The notes below the pieces were generated by a model. The model made no database searches and had not been told where the DNA came from. It saw only the letters and a list, made by a program, of their open reading frames with translations. A program made the position numbers and the translations under genes. From Klebsormidium nitens (Eukaryota > Plantae > Klebsormidiophyceae): 64,000 bases of DNA. The stretch's first letter is position 1. The number at the start of each line of letters is the position of its first letter. Shown here in pieces: positions 53,001-64,000 of the stretch. The stretch lies in assembly GCA_000708835.1 (NCBI GenBank), contig DF237097.1:107221-171220 (forward strand), read 5' to 3'.

Positions 53001-56000
53001 CTGCTCCTCCAGCAGCTTGCGGTACTGGTCGACGTCGTTCGCTTTCAGCGCCTCCATGCGCCGTGTGCGATCCTCATCCTTCTTCTTGGCAAAGTCCTTG
53101 TTCATCTTCTCGTGGTACTTGGCCACACCCTTATTTCGCGACACACGCCCCTCGCGGCTCTGCCAGAAGCCCTCAAACAGGCTCTTGCGGTGCTTGAACA
53201 GGGCCTGTTGGGGAGACAGCGCAAGTCGTCAAACATCTGTTTTCCAGGGCCTTGTTTGACCACAATAGGGCACCAAGCGTCCAGACTTATGCTTTCAAAA
53301 GGGCTCAGCAGAAAGTGCTCTGACAAGCTTTCAAAAAACAAAGGACACCAAATCCATGCGCTACAATGTAAGAAAAGTCTATCGCAAATTGTAGGTTCAT
53401 AGAGAGCTGTTTTTTAAGAGACGAGCTGCCCAATTGACGTGTAAGGAGGGAGCACTGTAGGGGGGTCGAAGGCACTTTCGGATGCCATAGCCAGGAGACG
53501 TTCTTTCGGCACGGTTCTTTCGCTAGAATTCAAAAACCATCAAAGGATTTTCTCCCAAGTGCGTACCTTATGCAGGATCGCCCGCTTGGCTTGCTGCAGC
53601 CAGAGCACCTGCTTCTCCATGTCCAGCAGCTCCTTCTCGCTCCACCGCACATACTTTCGGTACTGCCGCTCGTTCATGGCATTGATCTGGGCGAAGGGAG
53701 CCATTCTTATAAGTAGCATGCACCAACCGAAATGCATAGCCAACAGCGTCACAGAAACTCAGAAGGGTACAATAACAATCAGTGAAAAGAGCAACACAAA
53801 ACCCGACGAATGATGCTTGTCTGGATGACGAATACAATCTCACCCCGGCGCCAGCTCGATACCTGACCTTTGAGAACCTCTCCGTGCAACAGCGGTCACA
53901 CATTTTGGCAACCGGTGACTAATCAAGCCACCTAAGCTACTCGGAAAGTTGTAAACCTAGATCCAGCCGCGCCTGCACAAGAAGGAATTTCGAATCACTC
54001 GTATCACTCACCGCCTGCTGCGCCTCCTCCACTTCGTCCCTGACCCTGCCCTGCACCTCCAGCAGCTGCAGCTTCTTGAGCGCGACCTTCACCCTCGTGC
54101 GCTCTTCCGGCGTCACCGCCAGCTCACCGCCCTCGATCTTCCGCAACCGGCTTTCGAGCGCCTCCAAATGCTCCGTGCGCCTTTTGTCCAGCCTCCTCTT
54201 CTCCTCCTCCGCCAAAAGGTCTCGGATGTCAAATGAGATGGGGATCGTGCTGCCCCAATGACCGGCGTCAGGGGGGGGTACTAACGGCAACCCCTCGTCT
54301 TTCTTGACCCCCGCTCGGGGGAAGTCGAAGAGTGGTCCCTGGAAGCGACGGACGGGGGGGAGTCGCTGGATGGGAGGGACTACGGGGGCCGGTTTCGACT
54401 TTGGTGTCGGTTGTGCCACGGGCGTTTTCGTAGTCTGCTTCGGCTGGGGTTGAGGGGTTGGCTTGGGGGCTGGAGTTGGGGTGGGTTTCTTCTTAGCAGC
54501 TGGGGTGCTGCTGAACGTGGCGATTGGAGGGACAGGTTTGGATGTCTTTGGCACCTGCAGATTCGCATGAGTGCTGGGAACTAGGCCAAGGGGGGGAGGG
54601 GCGATGGCCTTGAGCAGGTCGGGGGGCAGTGTTTTCTCTCCTTTCTGCAAGAGAGTCGAGCGGGGTCAGGCCAGCAAGAGACACAGCAACAACTCCGCAG
54701 TACAATTGCACGCGGTAAAACAGGTAGTTGAGTACACTACTCAACTGACTCGTTTTACCAGCAGTCTCATCCGGCCAGCAATGATTGGAAGGCTGCCATC
54801 GATTGAATTGAATTGAATTGAATTGAAAGATGCATCTGAGCCAGAATAACACTTCTTAAGGTCAACACAATGCAGCGAAAGGAGCGATTGCTAAACAAGG
54901 CGTGATTATTCAGCATCAAACCGTTCCTGCATATGCCTGAAAAAACGTTCCTCCCCATCATCACGACCACTCTCCTTCTTGAGCAAGCCTGTTTCGACCT
55001 AGAATCGATTTTAGGGTTCCCTACTGCCGTACCTTGAAGCGGCGGAACGCCAGGATCTGCGCCTTCAGCGTGTCCAGCTGTCCCTTAGTGAACTTCTTGC
55101 TGGGGTGCTGCTCGTCTGGGGCCCCTGGCGGAGTGGCGGGTCGACTGCTGACAGGCGGAACAGGCACCGGATTCCGCGCCTCCACTTTGACAGCGACCAG
55201 AGGTGCCGGTCTAGCCTTCAGCGCCTGCTGCAGTGCAGTGGTGCTGAGAGGCCCCACGGGAGTCGGCTTGAACGGCGGCTGCGCCGGCGGCCCCCCAAAA
55301 TGCCGCGCCTGCTCCTGGAGCTGCTGCTTCAGCATCTGCTCCATCTTCTGGGACTCATAGCGCTGCGCCTGCCGTTGCTCGAGCTCCCGCTGGACGTTGT
55401 ACGCGTGCTGGTTTTGCATTTGCATCTTCTGCTGCTTCTCAGCGAGCAGCTTCTGGAACTGCGACACGAGGTGCGTGTTGCTGCCACCCTGCTCCTCCCC
55501 TTGCTTCTGCTGGAGAAGCATCTTTCTAGCGGCCTCTTGCTGCTCAAGCTTCCGCAGAGACTGCTGGTCTAAGTCCGCTCCGCCCTGGCCCCAAACCTTC
55601 GCCGCCCCGAAGCCGTATCCATCACCAGGCAACTGGCCCTGGCTCTGCCGCATCAACTGCTGCCCCAGCCTTTGCTGACTCATGCCCTGCTGACCCAAGC
55701 CGGGAAACTGGCCTTGTGCAGGGTTCTGAGCAACCTGCGCAGCCCTCCGGCGCAAGGCCTCTATCATTTGCTGATTGGCCGCAACATTCTGCCGCTGCTG
55801 CAAAGCGGCATCGTACCCCTGAACGTACTCCCGCCGCTCTGGTGATGCCGCCAACCGAGACGGACCATTACCAAGTTGCGCCCCCTCCCCCCTCCCCCCT
55901 ACAGACTGCAAAGGGGCAGCCCCCAGGGGGGAGCCTGCTTCGGCTACATTGTAAGATGGGGGCGTGCCGCTGCCTGCCCCCTGACCCTGCGCAGCGCTGG

Positions 56001-56417
56001 CTGCTGGTAGCCGCTGCTGAGCATGCAGCAGCTCAAGGGCAGTTTTGAACTTGGGGTCGTCTTGACGGCCGGCAGCCTTGAGGGCCAAGATGTACTGTGC
56101 ACCAAAAAGGGATAGATAAGTGCTTGTAGCAAAGGACAGGTCAGAGGAGGCTCCATGCAGGCAACCAGAACAAGACCTGCTTGCTCCTCTTTGAATGCAA
56201 GATGATCAGCGTCTCTACTCAGCTTACAGAAGATGGTCATCTCAAAGCCCAGGGCAGAAGGAGAGTCCAAAGAGAACTTAACCGACAGGAACAGCTTCGG
56301 TTCAGAACGAGGCGAAGCACCCTTTGCAGGCGGGCCGCAATGACTAACCTCTTGCAGCTGCTGGATCTGCCCTGGTCCAAGATGTGGCCATTGCCTGGGT
56401 CCTTGTTGGGGCAGCAT
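44083..56417 (-). CDS. BRM: SWI2/SNF2 chromatin-remodelling ATPase BRAHMA
   Basis: 17 exons: 56417-56349, 56094-55033, 54644-54012, 53686-53567, 53204-52959, 52560-52322, 51955-51688, 51408-51247, 51015-50890, 50465-50257, 50005-49807, 49523-49320, 48953-48756, 48188-47946, 47248-47057, 46781-46600, 46246-44083. QLQ ([20 protein letters not shown]); HSA-like region ([12 protein letters not shown]...[10 protein letters not shown]); BRM-type ATPase [51 protein letters not shown]; bromodomain in the last exon ([14 protein letters not shown]...[13 protein letters not shown]). Start ATG 56417 is a best guess. Confidence 0.93.
47588..48392 (-). repeat. Duplications flanking both ends of BRM exon 48188-47946
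   Basis: The exon 3' end + donor (plus strand cacctcgtcagccatgtcaatcttgacctgctgaatctgctcccggaccagcgtctcaatc) is copied at ~47778-47845 and ~47588-47650. The acceptor + exon start is copied at 48301-48392. Confidence 0.92.
54802..54826. repeat. (ATTGA)5 microsatellite in a BRM intron
   Basis: attgaattgaattgaattgaattga. Confidence 0.9.
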
Positions 56418-56853
56418 ATGATCAGATCAAGAATTGAAGCACCTTGGGTCTTTCAACCTGCTGACCTCACAGTCAGACCCCCAAACCTGGGGACAGCACT
56501 TGCAAGTTCCAGTTCCAGGAGGCAAGACACACCATGCACCAGAATGATTGAGCACACACTCCAGCCAGAATCTCAGGCTTGCAGGAGATTTGGGGAAGAC
56601 GTTGCACAGGTTTCGTACACTCCGTTCCAGGCGCGCAGAACTTCAGCCCGCTCTGTTTCAGCGTTTTGACGCTTGCGAGGTTTTCAAAAGCGAAGTGGCG
56701 AAACCCCATGCCCGCGCTCCCTTGATTTGTCACTTACCACCCGTGTGTAACGCTCTCGGGCGCTCCAAGTGAGAGCGCTACGTTTTTCGGGGGCTGTTTC
56801 CAACTTGAAGCTTCCTCCTGCGATTTCGAATGCCACGCATGTGGACAGAGGTG

Positions 56854-57266
56854 GTACGTACCGGGTCTATCCGGTACCCGAGTTCTTCCAGCCGGCAGCG
56901 CGCAGCAGTACGTACCGAGAGGCCCTAAGGTTCGTACCATGCGGACCTTCAACTTTCAAGGCGAAGAGTACCGTCGGTACACCGTACCGTACTCAGGTAG
57001 GTACCTACCTTTTCAAAGCTTCCACATGAGGTAGGTACCTACTATTTACCGGTACATCCAGCCTCTTGGTGTTCACTGGCCACTTTGGTCTGGATGCAGC
57101 CGAACATACGTTCTCGGCCCCCCAGGGGACGCCTACCGGGTACTTGTCCATGGTATCTAGGTATATGCAGCCGACGGTACGTACTGGCGTCGGGCTACCT
57201 GCATGGTACCATTTGCAAGCGTGCGGAGCACTGCGGACTGGGTAAGCGACATGAAAGCACATGTAC
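56854..57266. promoter_or_regulatory. Dense GTAC cluster upstream of BRM, including two GTAGGTACCTAC palindromes
   Basis: 18 GTAC tetramers counted by eye in ~410 bp (about 1.6 expected at uniform base composition); 12-bp palindrome at 56997 and 57031. Confidence 0.55.
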
Positions 57267-58139
57267 TGCATGCCTCACTGCATTGACCCCGCATTGACTG
57301 CATGCGGCAACGAAGCTGCTTGCTGAAAGGTTTTTGACAGTCGAGGCCGTTGTGCTGTAGCAATTCTGAATCTTTACTGTCCGCAGGCTACTCGGAAAGT
57401 CAGCAGCATATCGCTGATCGAGAGAGAATTCGTGCAAAGGGGTCGATCGCAGCTAGGATTTGAACCCGGCGGCTACTTGTAAGAGTCAATGTTTGCAGAG
57501 TCCCTAAGTTTTTGCCACCAGTTCGTTGCTGGTTGCAGGCACAATCACGATATCAACCATGCTCGTACGTGAACTTTGTTTGGCATGAGGTTCTCAATGG
57601 CACTTGAATGTGTACATGTGTTTGTGTGAGGCTCGCTTTCCTTTTTCCACTGATAGGACCAAGTCCGTCTTAAGTAGGATCCGACCAAGAAGCTTCACAT
57701 GCCAACAGTCGCTCTGTCGGCACAGTCGTCGATCTCTATGCACTTTTAATTCTAGCACACGCTACAAGGAGAAAGCCAAAGTCGTTTGCGGCCACCAGCA
57801 AAACCAAATCAAAGCTACTAGCGCGTCTAAAGCCATCGCCACAAGCAATGACAAACTAACCAACAACAGTTTCGAGACAATGCCCGCTGCTCCTGTCTGT
57901 TTACCCTAGTATCTTACACTATATGCCCAGCGGTTCAAAGGTCGCATCAAAGTTTGCGGCCGCTTTCCACATCATCAGCGGCCCTCAGCCGAGAACCTCG
58001 ATGCGGGTTCACCTATAACCCCATGTGTAGGGGTTTCAATTTCTACCGTGTTTATCTAAGAGCATCTCGCCATTCTGCCCTTGTTCAAGTGATGGTATGG
58101 TACACAACTCCTTCGCAAACCCGGTGCGGTTAACGGGCG

Positions 58140-61100
58140 CTACACGCTTTCCGTATCCAAATCGTCCATTTCCTCAATCGCCTCCTCGATTGCTGACGGC
58201 GCTTCCGAGATCCCCTGGAACGTGTAGTACCTAAACCCGCCCGGCAATGACGTCAGCTTCACAGCGGCACGCTTCTCCGCTGGGTGCCCGGTCCGCAGAA
58301 AGTCGCACGCGTCCTGCAAAACGCCCGCGTGCGAAAAAACGTAGCCGTGCCCGATGACGCTCCGATCGAGCCCGGTCGCGTCGACGAGGTCGATGTTGTC
58401 GGCGAACGGGATGTGCCACGGGCGCACCCCGGCGTTGCTCGGGAACTCGCCGAGGCGCGGGTGCCCGCCGTGGATGCGCTTGGACACGTGGAGCGCTTGG
58501 TCGTTGGCCGAGGAGTAGATCGTCATGTGTTCCACCTGAAGATGAACAACGCGCCGTCATGAGCAATTCTGAAGCAGGAGCACGTACTGCGAAATGAGAT
58601 GTCACATGTCTTCGTCAGCATCGAGCAGGCATTCTGATGAACCTGGGCGGTGTGAGGCCGCCGACACAATCAATGGCGATCGAGCGACAACAGACCAACT
58701 GATCCATGAGAAGGAGTACTCCTGGAGAGCTTTCGATCATCAGGTACTTTGAAATTCAAAGTGACCCTGCTGATGCGCAACTGACCTTCATCACCTGAAG
58801 TGTGTATGCTTCACACTCGCAGATTAGTTGTTAGAAGATACGCGAGAGCCTTAAATGATACAATCACTCAATCGAATAATAGACTGGCGCCAAGACCGCT
58901 TGCTGAATTGTCAAGAGAGGAACGGTTTGGCGGCCCGATCGCGCACTTTTTTTTTGGAAGAGCAACTTTTATAACGCCCAGATTGCTTGCACGGCACTAC
59001 AGAGAAACAGACAAGCGCGGCACACAAACCGCTAGCTCGTCTTGCGGAAAAGCAAGTAGAGTGACGCCAAAACGGCTCTATTGAGAAGTAAGTATTGGTG
59101 GCGCCTAAATTGCTCACACCTCACGGCTAGTAGCTCGGTGCCCAACTCGCTCACCGTCCTGCTGAGGTGGTCCTGGAGGAGGTAGAACTCGCCCAGGTCG
59201 AAGTCGGGGGCGGCCAGCACCACGCGGCCCAGCTGGGCCGCGCCCTTGGGAAACAGCCGCTCGCCCAGCCGCGCCAGAGCGTACAGAATGATGCGGCAGC
59301 CCATGCTGTGAAATAGGAAACGTCCAGACTCAGGGTTCTGATCGAATTCTTGAGACACAACTTGAATCCGCTTTCAATTAGCTTCCTTTGCTGTTCTAGC
59401 TTCAAAACTTTCCGACCAGTCTCTGGGTTTGGAGATACAGCCGCTCGCCCAACCGCGCGAGCGCATACAGAATGACGCGGCAGCCCATACTGCGAGATAG
59501 ATAAAGTCCAGAATGAACGTTCGTGGCGGCTTTTGGAGACACAATCTGGATTTGCTCTGTCTGTTACATTTTCGTCGCAAGGTTCGAGTTAGTCGGACCA
59601 GATTCTGTCTTCTGAAGGTATGTGCTCGTCGAGCCGCACCAGCGTGTGCAGAAAAATGAGGCTGACCAGTGCGGAAGCGGCAGCGTCCGGTTCAGTTTTC
59701 AGCGACGTTTGGAAAAACAGATGAGGTCTGGGCCCGGGAGAAACAGAAACACGGGCCTTTCGACCGGATTCCAGATTCTAGAGAACCTCTCCCCCCCGCC
59801 TGTGGCCAAGAAGGTGGACCGTCTTCACTTCAGGTTCGGTCAGCATCCTCCACAGCATTCATGTCGCAACCGGCAATTTGAAACCGTGAGATTCAACGAA
59901 GCTTAAAAGCTCAACCCTTGACCCCTTGGCCCTCGCCCCCAACCCTCAACCCCCAACCCCTAGTTTAATCGCCTCACCTATGTCCAATGATGTGCACCTT
60001 TTCCATCTCAAAATCGGTCAGCATCTTCCACAGGAAGTCGAGCAGGTGCGGCACCGCCCACATAGCGTTCCCCTCGTCCGCGTTGTACCGGTCGACCGCC
60101 TGCAGAGGGACGATGACGTCATGACTTTGGCTGCTGACGTCAATTCGCATGAAGCTGACGCCAACGTCGAGAAAGCAATCGGCCTTGCCAGCATGTGTTA
60201 GGCCGAGTATCCAGCGAATATCAGTACTGCCGCAAAAGGCCTGGGTTCGTGAAATCGAGTGTATCAAATGTTATCAACCGTTGAAGACGGGACGAGTGGG
60301 TAGAAAACAGAGCCCACTGGGAAGACGACTTCTACAGAGGTAGCAAGAGCGGGGGGAAAAATAGGCCGCGCAAGTAGAAGAACGGCCAGAAGAAGCTGAA
60401 GATGTGGCAAACCAGTTACTAGATTGCGAAATCGAGTCGAAGGATCTCGAATAATGTTTCGCCCCGAGCACCGACGAACTAGAGCGGGGAGAGACCTGGA
60501 AGTACAATAAAAGCAACAGAATACATTTCCAAAAAAATAGAAAGCAGAGGTACCGCGCCACTAGAGCGAGGACAGAAAGGCGTTCTGAAACAACGGCTAG
60601 TTGAAGAGGAAGGGCGAAGGAAGAACAAAAATTCTGAAACGCGCAAGAGCTGACCTACACTCCGTCTCAAGCACCGGGCAACTAGAGCGAGAAGAGAAGC
60701 GGAGAGCGCATTGGGAAGGACAACCAGCTGAATAGGAGGAGCGGCAACGCTACATAGTTCAAAAGAACAGGAGCCAGTTCGCGTTACGGGGCAACCAGGG
60801 CGAGGAGAGAAGCGGGAGAGCGCACCTGGAAGGACGGCCAGCTGAACATGAGGAGCGGGATGTCCGTCTGCATCTTGTAGCCGCAGAGCGCCATCTTCTT
60901 GGCCGCTTTCGTGAAGCGGTTGTTGAACCCGTGGACGTACAGGACCGCTTCTTTCCGGCCGGTACCCACCCGGTGCATGAACCGGATTGCATGGTACCGC
61001 ATGAAATTGTCGCTGAAGCCGACGCACTTGCCGATCAAGACTGCCTTGCGGCTCTGGTTGGGGGGGCGGAACCTGCAAGAGGGCGTGGTGTCAGGTTTGA

Positions 61101-62852
61101 AGCCCGAGGACCTGAGGCACCGTGGGAGACACCAGGAACGTCTTAGGATATACAAAAAAAGAGGAAAGCAGTGTCGTGTTACAATAATGAAATCTGCTAG
61201 ATGGAATCGGACAAGGCAAAATGACCAGAATCCTAAAGCGCTCCGTTCATAGCCGTGCTTGCGTTCTCAGATACCTTGTGAAATCTTGAAGAAGCGCTCC
61301 GTTCATAGCCGTGCTTGCGTTCTGAGATACCTTGTGAAATCTTGAAAAGTCATTGCAGCAAGCTGGCTGTAGACTTTGATACGTGTTTTTAAAAAGTGCT
61401 CTTACACGTTGAAGGAATTTCTGTCTCTGCTGCAGCGCATCCCGGGCGACTGCGGGCTGATTGCAACCAGCAAATCAGCGCCTGATTGTACATGCGCCAC
61501 CTGTCCTTAGAAACGTCAAATGCGCTTCGTCAAAGCCAAACAGACTCAGTGATCATTTTTGCTGGCCTCAGCTGCGGAGACCGCTAACAACATGCTTTGA
61601 AGAGGTAAAAGGAAAGTAGGATGAAAACGAAAGATTCCACAAAAAGGAGAGAGCCCACATGTCCCAGCAGAGACCTCTTACACAAAGTGCTTTGCAAAGG
61701 AAAACGAAAGTAAGTTGAAACGAAAGACTCAACAAAAAGCGGAAACCCACCTGTCCCACCACCAAAGGTATGGCAGCTCCTGCCGGTTCTGCGCAACGCT
61801 GTCGGTGTCGGGAATTGACACCTTGATGCATCCAAGCGAAAGTCCGTCCCCCCTGTCGGTGCCAAAGAAGGCCTCGGTCGACTGGCGGCCAGTAGGGCGG
61901 CGACACGTGGCGAACCACACAGGCACCTCCATGAAGCCCTGTTGCGGATCTGCGAAAGGGGGGCACAAAGTTGGTGAGCATTGGACCATGTTCTGTTCTG
62001 CGGAGGAAACCGATGGGACGGCTTTACTTCTGAATTTTAGATCCTGCCAGAATTTGAGGTGCAGTTTTGCGCTGACTGGCTGATTGGCACAAGCGTCCTT
62101 TTCTGAAGACTGAGAAAGAAGCGTTTCTGGCAGATACTGAAAGATACTAATCCTGAAAGAATGAAGAAAAAGGTTGTAAACCAACCAAAACCTGCTTTCG
62201 CACTCGTTGCTCTTTCCTCGCACCTTCTACCAGGCGTGATAGTGATCTGAATGTGCCATCTTAAGTCTCGCACCTGCCAACTTTGTACCCTTCATGCGCT
62301 GATGAGAACTTTGTCTGAAAAGGACATTAGCATTCTTCAGCAATCATTGCCCTCACCTCCATTGCTGCCCATGCTCGTCCCCGCGCTGCTTCCCGAGCTG
62401 CTCCTGCTGTCCAATGACATCATCTCCCGGTCCGCTTCGTCCTTCTTGAGCCAGTCATTCATCCGGTGGAAGTTTGTCAACAGGTCCTGCTTCACCCGCC
62501 AATCGTTGGGCAGCGACAAGTTTGGCAGCAGCTCGTCGATCACCCGCAACAACTTTACAATCTGCTCGCTCAGGTCAGGGCACGCTCTCCACTGGTCGAT
62601 GATCGCGTCAGCGGCATTGTTGATATCCTTTGTGGACACGTCCGATGCTGAGGAAGAAACGAAGGGCTCGAGCCGGATGCTGAGCTCCTCCGCAAATGCG
62701 GGCCATTTCGTCCCCAGCTCGTCGCGGTATGTGTCCATGTACATCACGATCTTGCCGAAGAGGAACGTGCGGTACGTGTGCTCCGGCGTGCGCGGGTCAG
62801 AGCGCACGCGACGCAGGATGGTGAAGAGCCCGGACGGAATCATGGCCACCAT
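58140..62852 (-). CDS. DUF900/COG4782-type alpha/beta hydrolase with an unassigned ~165-aa N-terminal domain
   Basis: Exons 62852-62357, 61949-61751, 61072-60826, 60099-59978, 59305-59155, 58535-58140, phase-consistent GT-AG. Motifs: VPVWFATCRR..FGTDRG..LSLG.IKVSIP, VLYVHGFNNRF, MFSWPS, RYNADEGNA, HIIGHSMG, LAAPDFD, TIYSSANDQALHVS..IHGGHPRLG, IDLVDATG...GHGY. An acceptor (tgacag) just upstream of the ATG means a further 5' exon is possible. Confidence 0.82.
59438..59512 (-). repeat. Copy of acceptor + start of DUF900 exon 59305 (SMGCR...)
   Basis: cagccgctcgcccaaccgcgcgagcgcatacagaatgacgcggcagcccatactg versus real cagccgctcgcccagccgcgccagagcgtacagaatgatgcggcagcccatgctg; the AG acceptor is retained. 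Confidence 0.92.
60477..60746 (-). repeat. Up to three decayed copies of the DUF900 exon 61072-60826 3' end + donor
   Basis: actagagcgag...gagagcgcattgggaaggacaaccagctgaataggaggagcgg (60678-60746) and further remnants at ~60560 and ~60477, versus accagggcgag...gagagcgcacctggaaggacggccagctgaacatgaggagcgg. Confidence 0.8.
61237..61346. repeat. 54-bp near-perfect direct repeat (56-bp period) in a DUF900 intron
   Basis: agcgctccgttcatagccgtgcttgcgttct(c/g)agataccttgtgaaatcttgaa x2, one mismatch. Confidence 0.93.
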
Positions 62853-63980
62853 TTTGCTGTCAAAATGGTTGACAGCTGTCAACCCTTATGAGTAGGTTTG
62901 TCTGGGGCTTGCTGGAGTCGTTTCAAAGCGAACGGAGGTTCAAGGCTCACAACCTGGTCTCAAGAGACTAGACTAGAACGGCCTTAATGGTCAAGCGACA
63001 CTCGACCTGCTTGAACCTGAGGCTTTGAAGCAAGCTGCAGCACAACTTCCAGCTTCTGTCACGTCTAAACTAACTTGATGTAAGATATGACGCCAATGTT
63101 TGAGCTGACCAAGATGCGTGACCAGAGGGATCTCTCTACAATTGGGTGCTGTACGTATCTCTGGGTCGCTTTGATTCAAAATTTTGTCTGACAATCTTAG
63201 GAGGTTAAATTGGGGTCTTAAAGCTGCACTAGTGAGCTGGTCGTTTCAGGTTTGGTTCGCATGAACAGTGTCCCATTCTACGTTTGCTTTCTAAAGTGGT
63301 ATGAGAATGAATGGGATAGACAACACAGCAGTCTGTATCCGCAGTCGCGACATGGGAATACGTTCGCACAAAATCAAAAGGAATGCTCAAATCCCCTGCG
63401 ACGCCTAAACATGAACTTTCCCACTGCATTCCAGCTTCTCAACCTGGGAGAGACGGCCACTTTCTTGCAACATTATTGCGGCCCCCCTTTCCCAACAGGC
63501 TTTCGGAAGACCACTGCAATGCAGTGCAGCTAGGAGAGCCTGAGGACGGACCTCTTTCAGGTTCTCGATCCAGCAGAAATTCTACGTTGCATTCTGGAGC
63601 TACTAGTCCCAGAGGCTAGAGAGTCTTCAGAAGACTTGTGTCTGTGGCTGCATCCGGAGAGAATTCTGAAGGCGGCTGACTCCTCGGACTCCGGAGTCGA
63701 AGAGGCTAGAGCGGCGCCGGAAGCTTCGATGACGGCGGTGACGACACCCCGGGTGGCCCATCATCATTGCATTTTCAACGCTTCTATGCCGCCGTCAAAG
63801 CTCGTCAGCTCAAGCGCCTAGCAGAAACAGCCGTCGCGTTTGCCGTTGTTTCAGCCGGTCCCTCACCATTCATTTGCCGAGAGTTCGCGGCGAAAAGAGA
63901 AAGAGTTCCGCCGAACCTTTCAAGAGTACACATGTCGCACTGTGGTCCAGCGGAGCCTTCCACGTGACTCCGACTCTAGT

Positions 63981-64000
63981 TTTTTTTTTTTTTTTTTTTT
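63981..64000. repeat. Poly-T tract truncated by the window end
   Basis: 20 consecutive T at the end of the window. Confidence 0.95.

Noticed and set aside
18640-56417. Functional clustering of two SNF2 ATPases (CHR24 and BRM)
   Set aside because: They belong to distant subfamilies, are not a tandem duplication, and are separated by unrelated genes; proximity is plausibly chance.
57445-57510. tRNA or tRNA-derived SINE on the minus strand (GGGTTCAAATCC B-box)
   Set aside because: Only the T-loop-like word is present; the T stem is mismatched and no acceptor stem, D arm or A box can be folded.

Overview
Intron-rich eukaryotic nuclear DNA. Plant-type BRM and CHR24 genes, GC-rich C/G-ending exons and GT-AG introns suggest a streptophyte alga such as Klebsormidium (inference, not verified). 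Nine spliced genes were reconstructed by hand: (1) a plant At1g15060-type alpha/beta hydrolase (+, 5' end outside the window); (2) a dirigent/allene-oxide-cyclase (AOC) barrel-like gene (-, ends unresolved); (3) RPL35A (+); (4) DPM1 (-); (5) the CHR24/ERCC6L-like SNF2 ATPase (+); (6) a PLAC8/PCR Cys-rich protein (+); (7) a predicted secreted Cys-rich + dirigent/AOC-barrel protein (+); (8) BRAHMA (-, 17 exons); (9) a bacterial-type DUF900 alpha/beta hydrolase with an unassigned N-terminal domain (-). Also present: a 497-nt assembly gap inside a TIR-bounded element, hairpins and short tandem repeats. The most striking unexplained structure is a pattern of 'splice-junction echoes'. About 18 splice sites in 7 of the 9 genes have 1-3 decaying copies of the exon edge plus splice signal in the adjacent intron, and many copies keep AG/GT. 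Other leads are dense GTAC/GTAGGTACCTAC clusters upstream of BRM and PLAC8, the intron-bearing DUF900 fusion gene, and two divergent AOC/dirigent-barrel genes. No database searches were run; family calls rest on recognised motifs.
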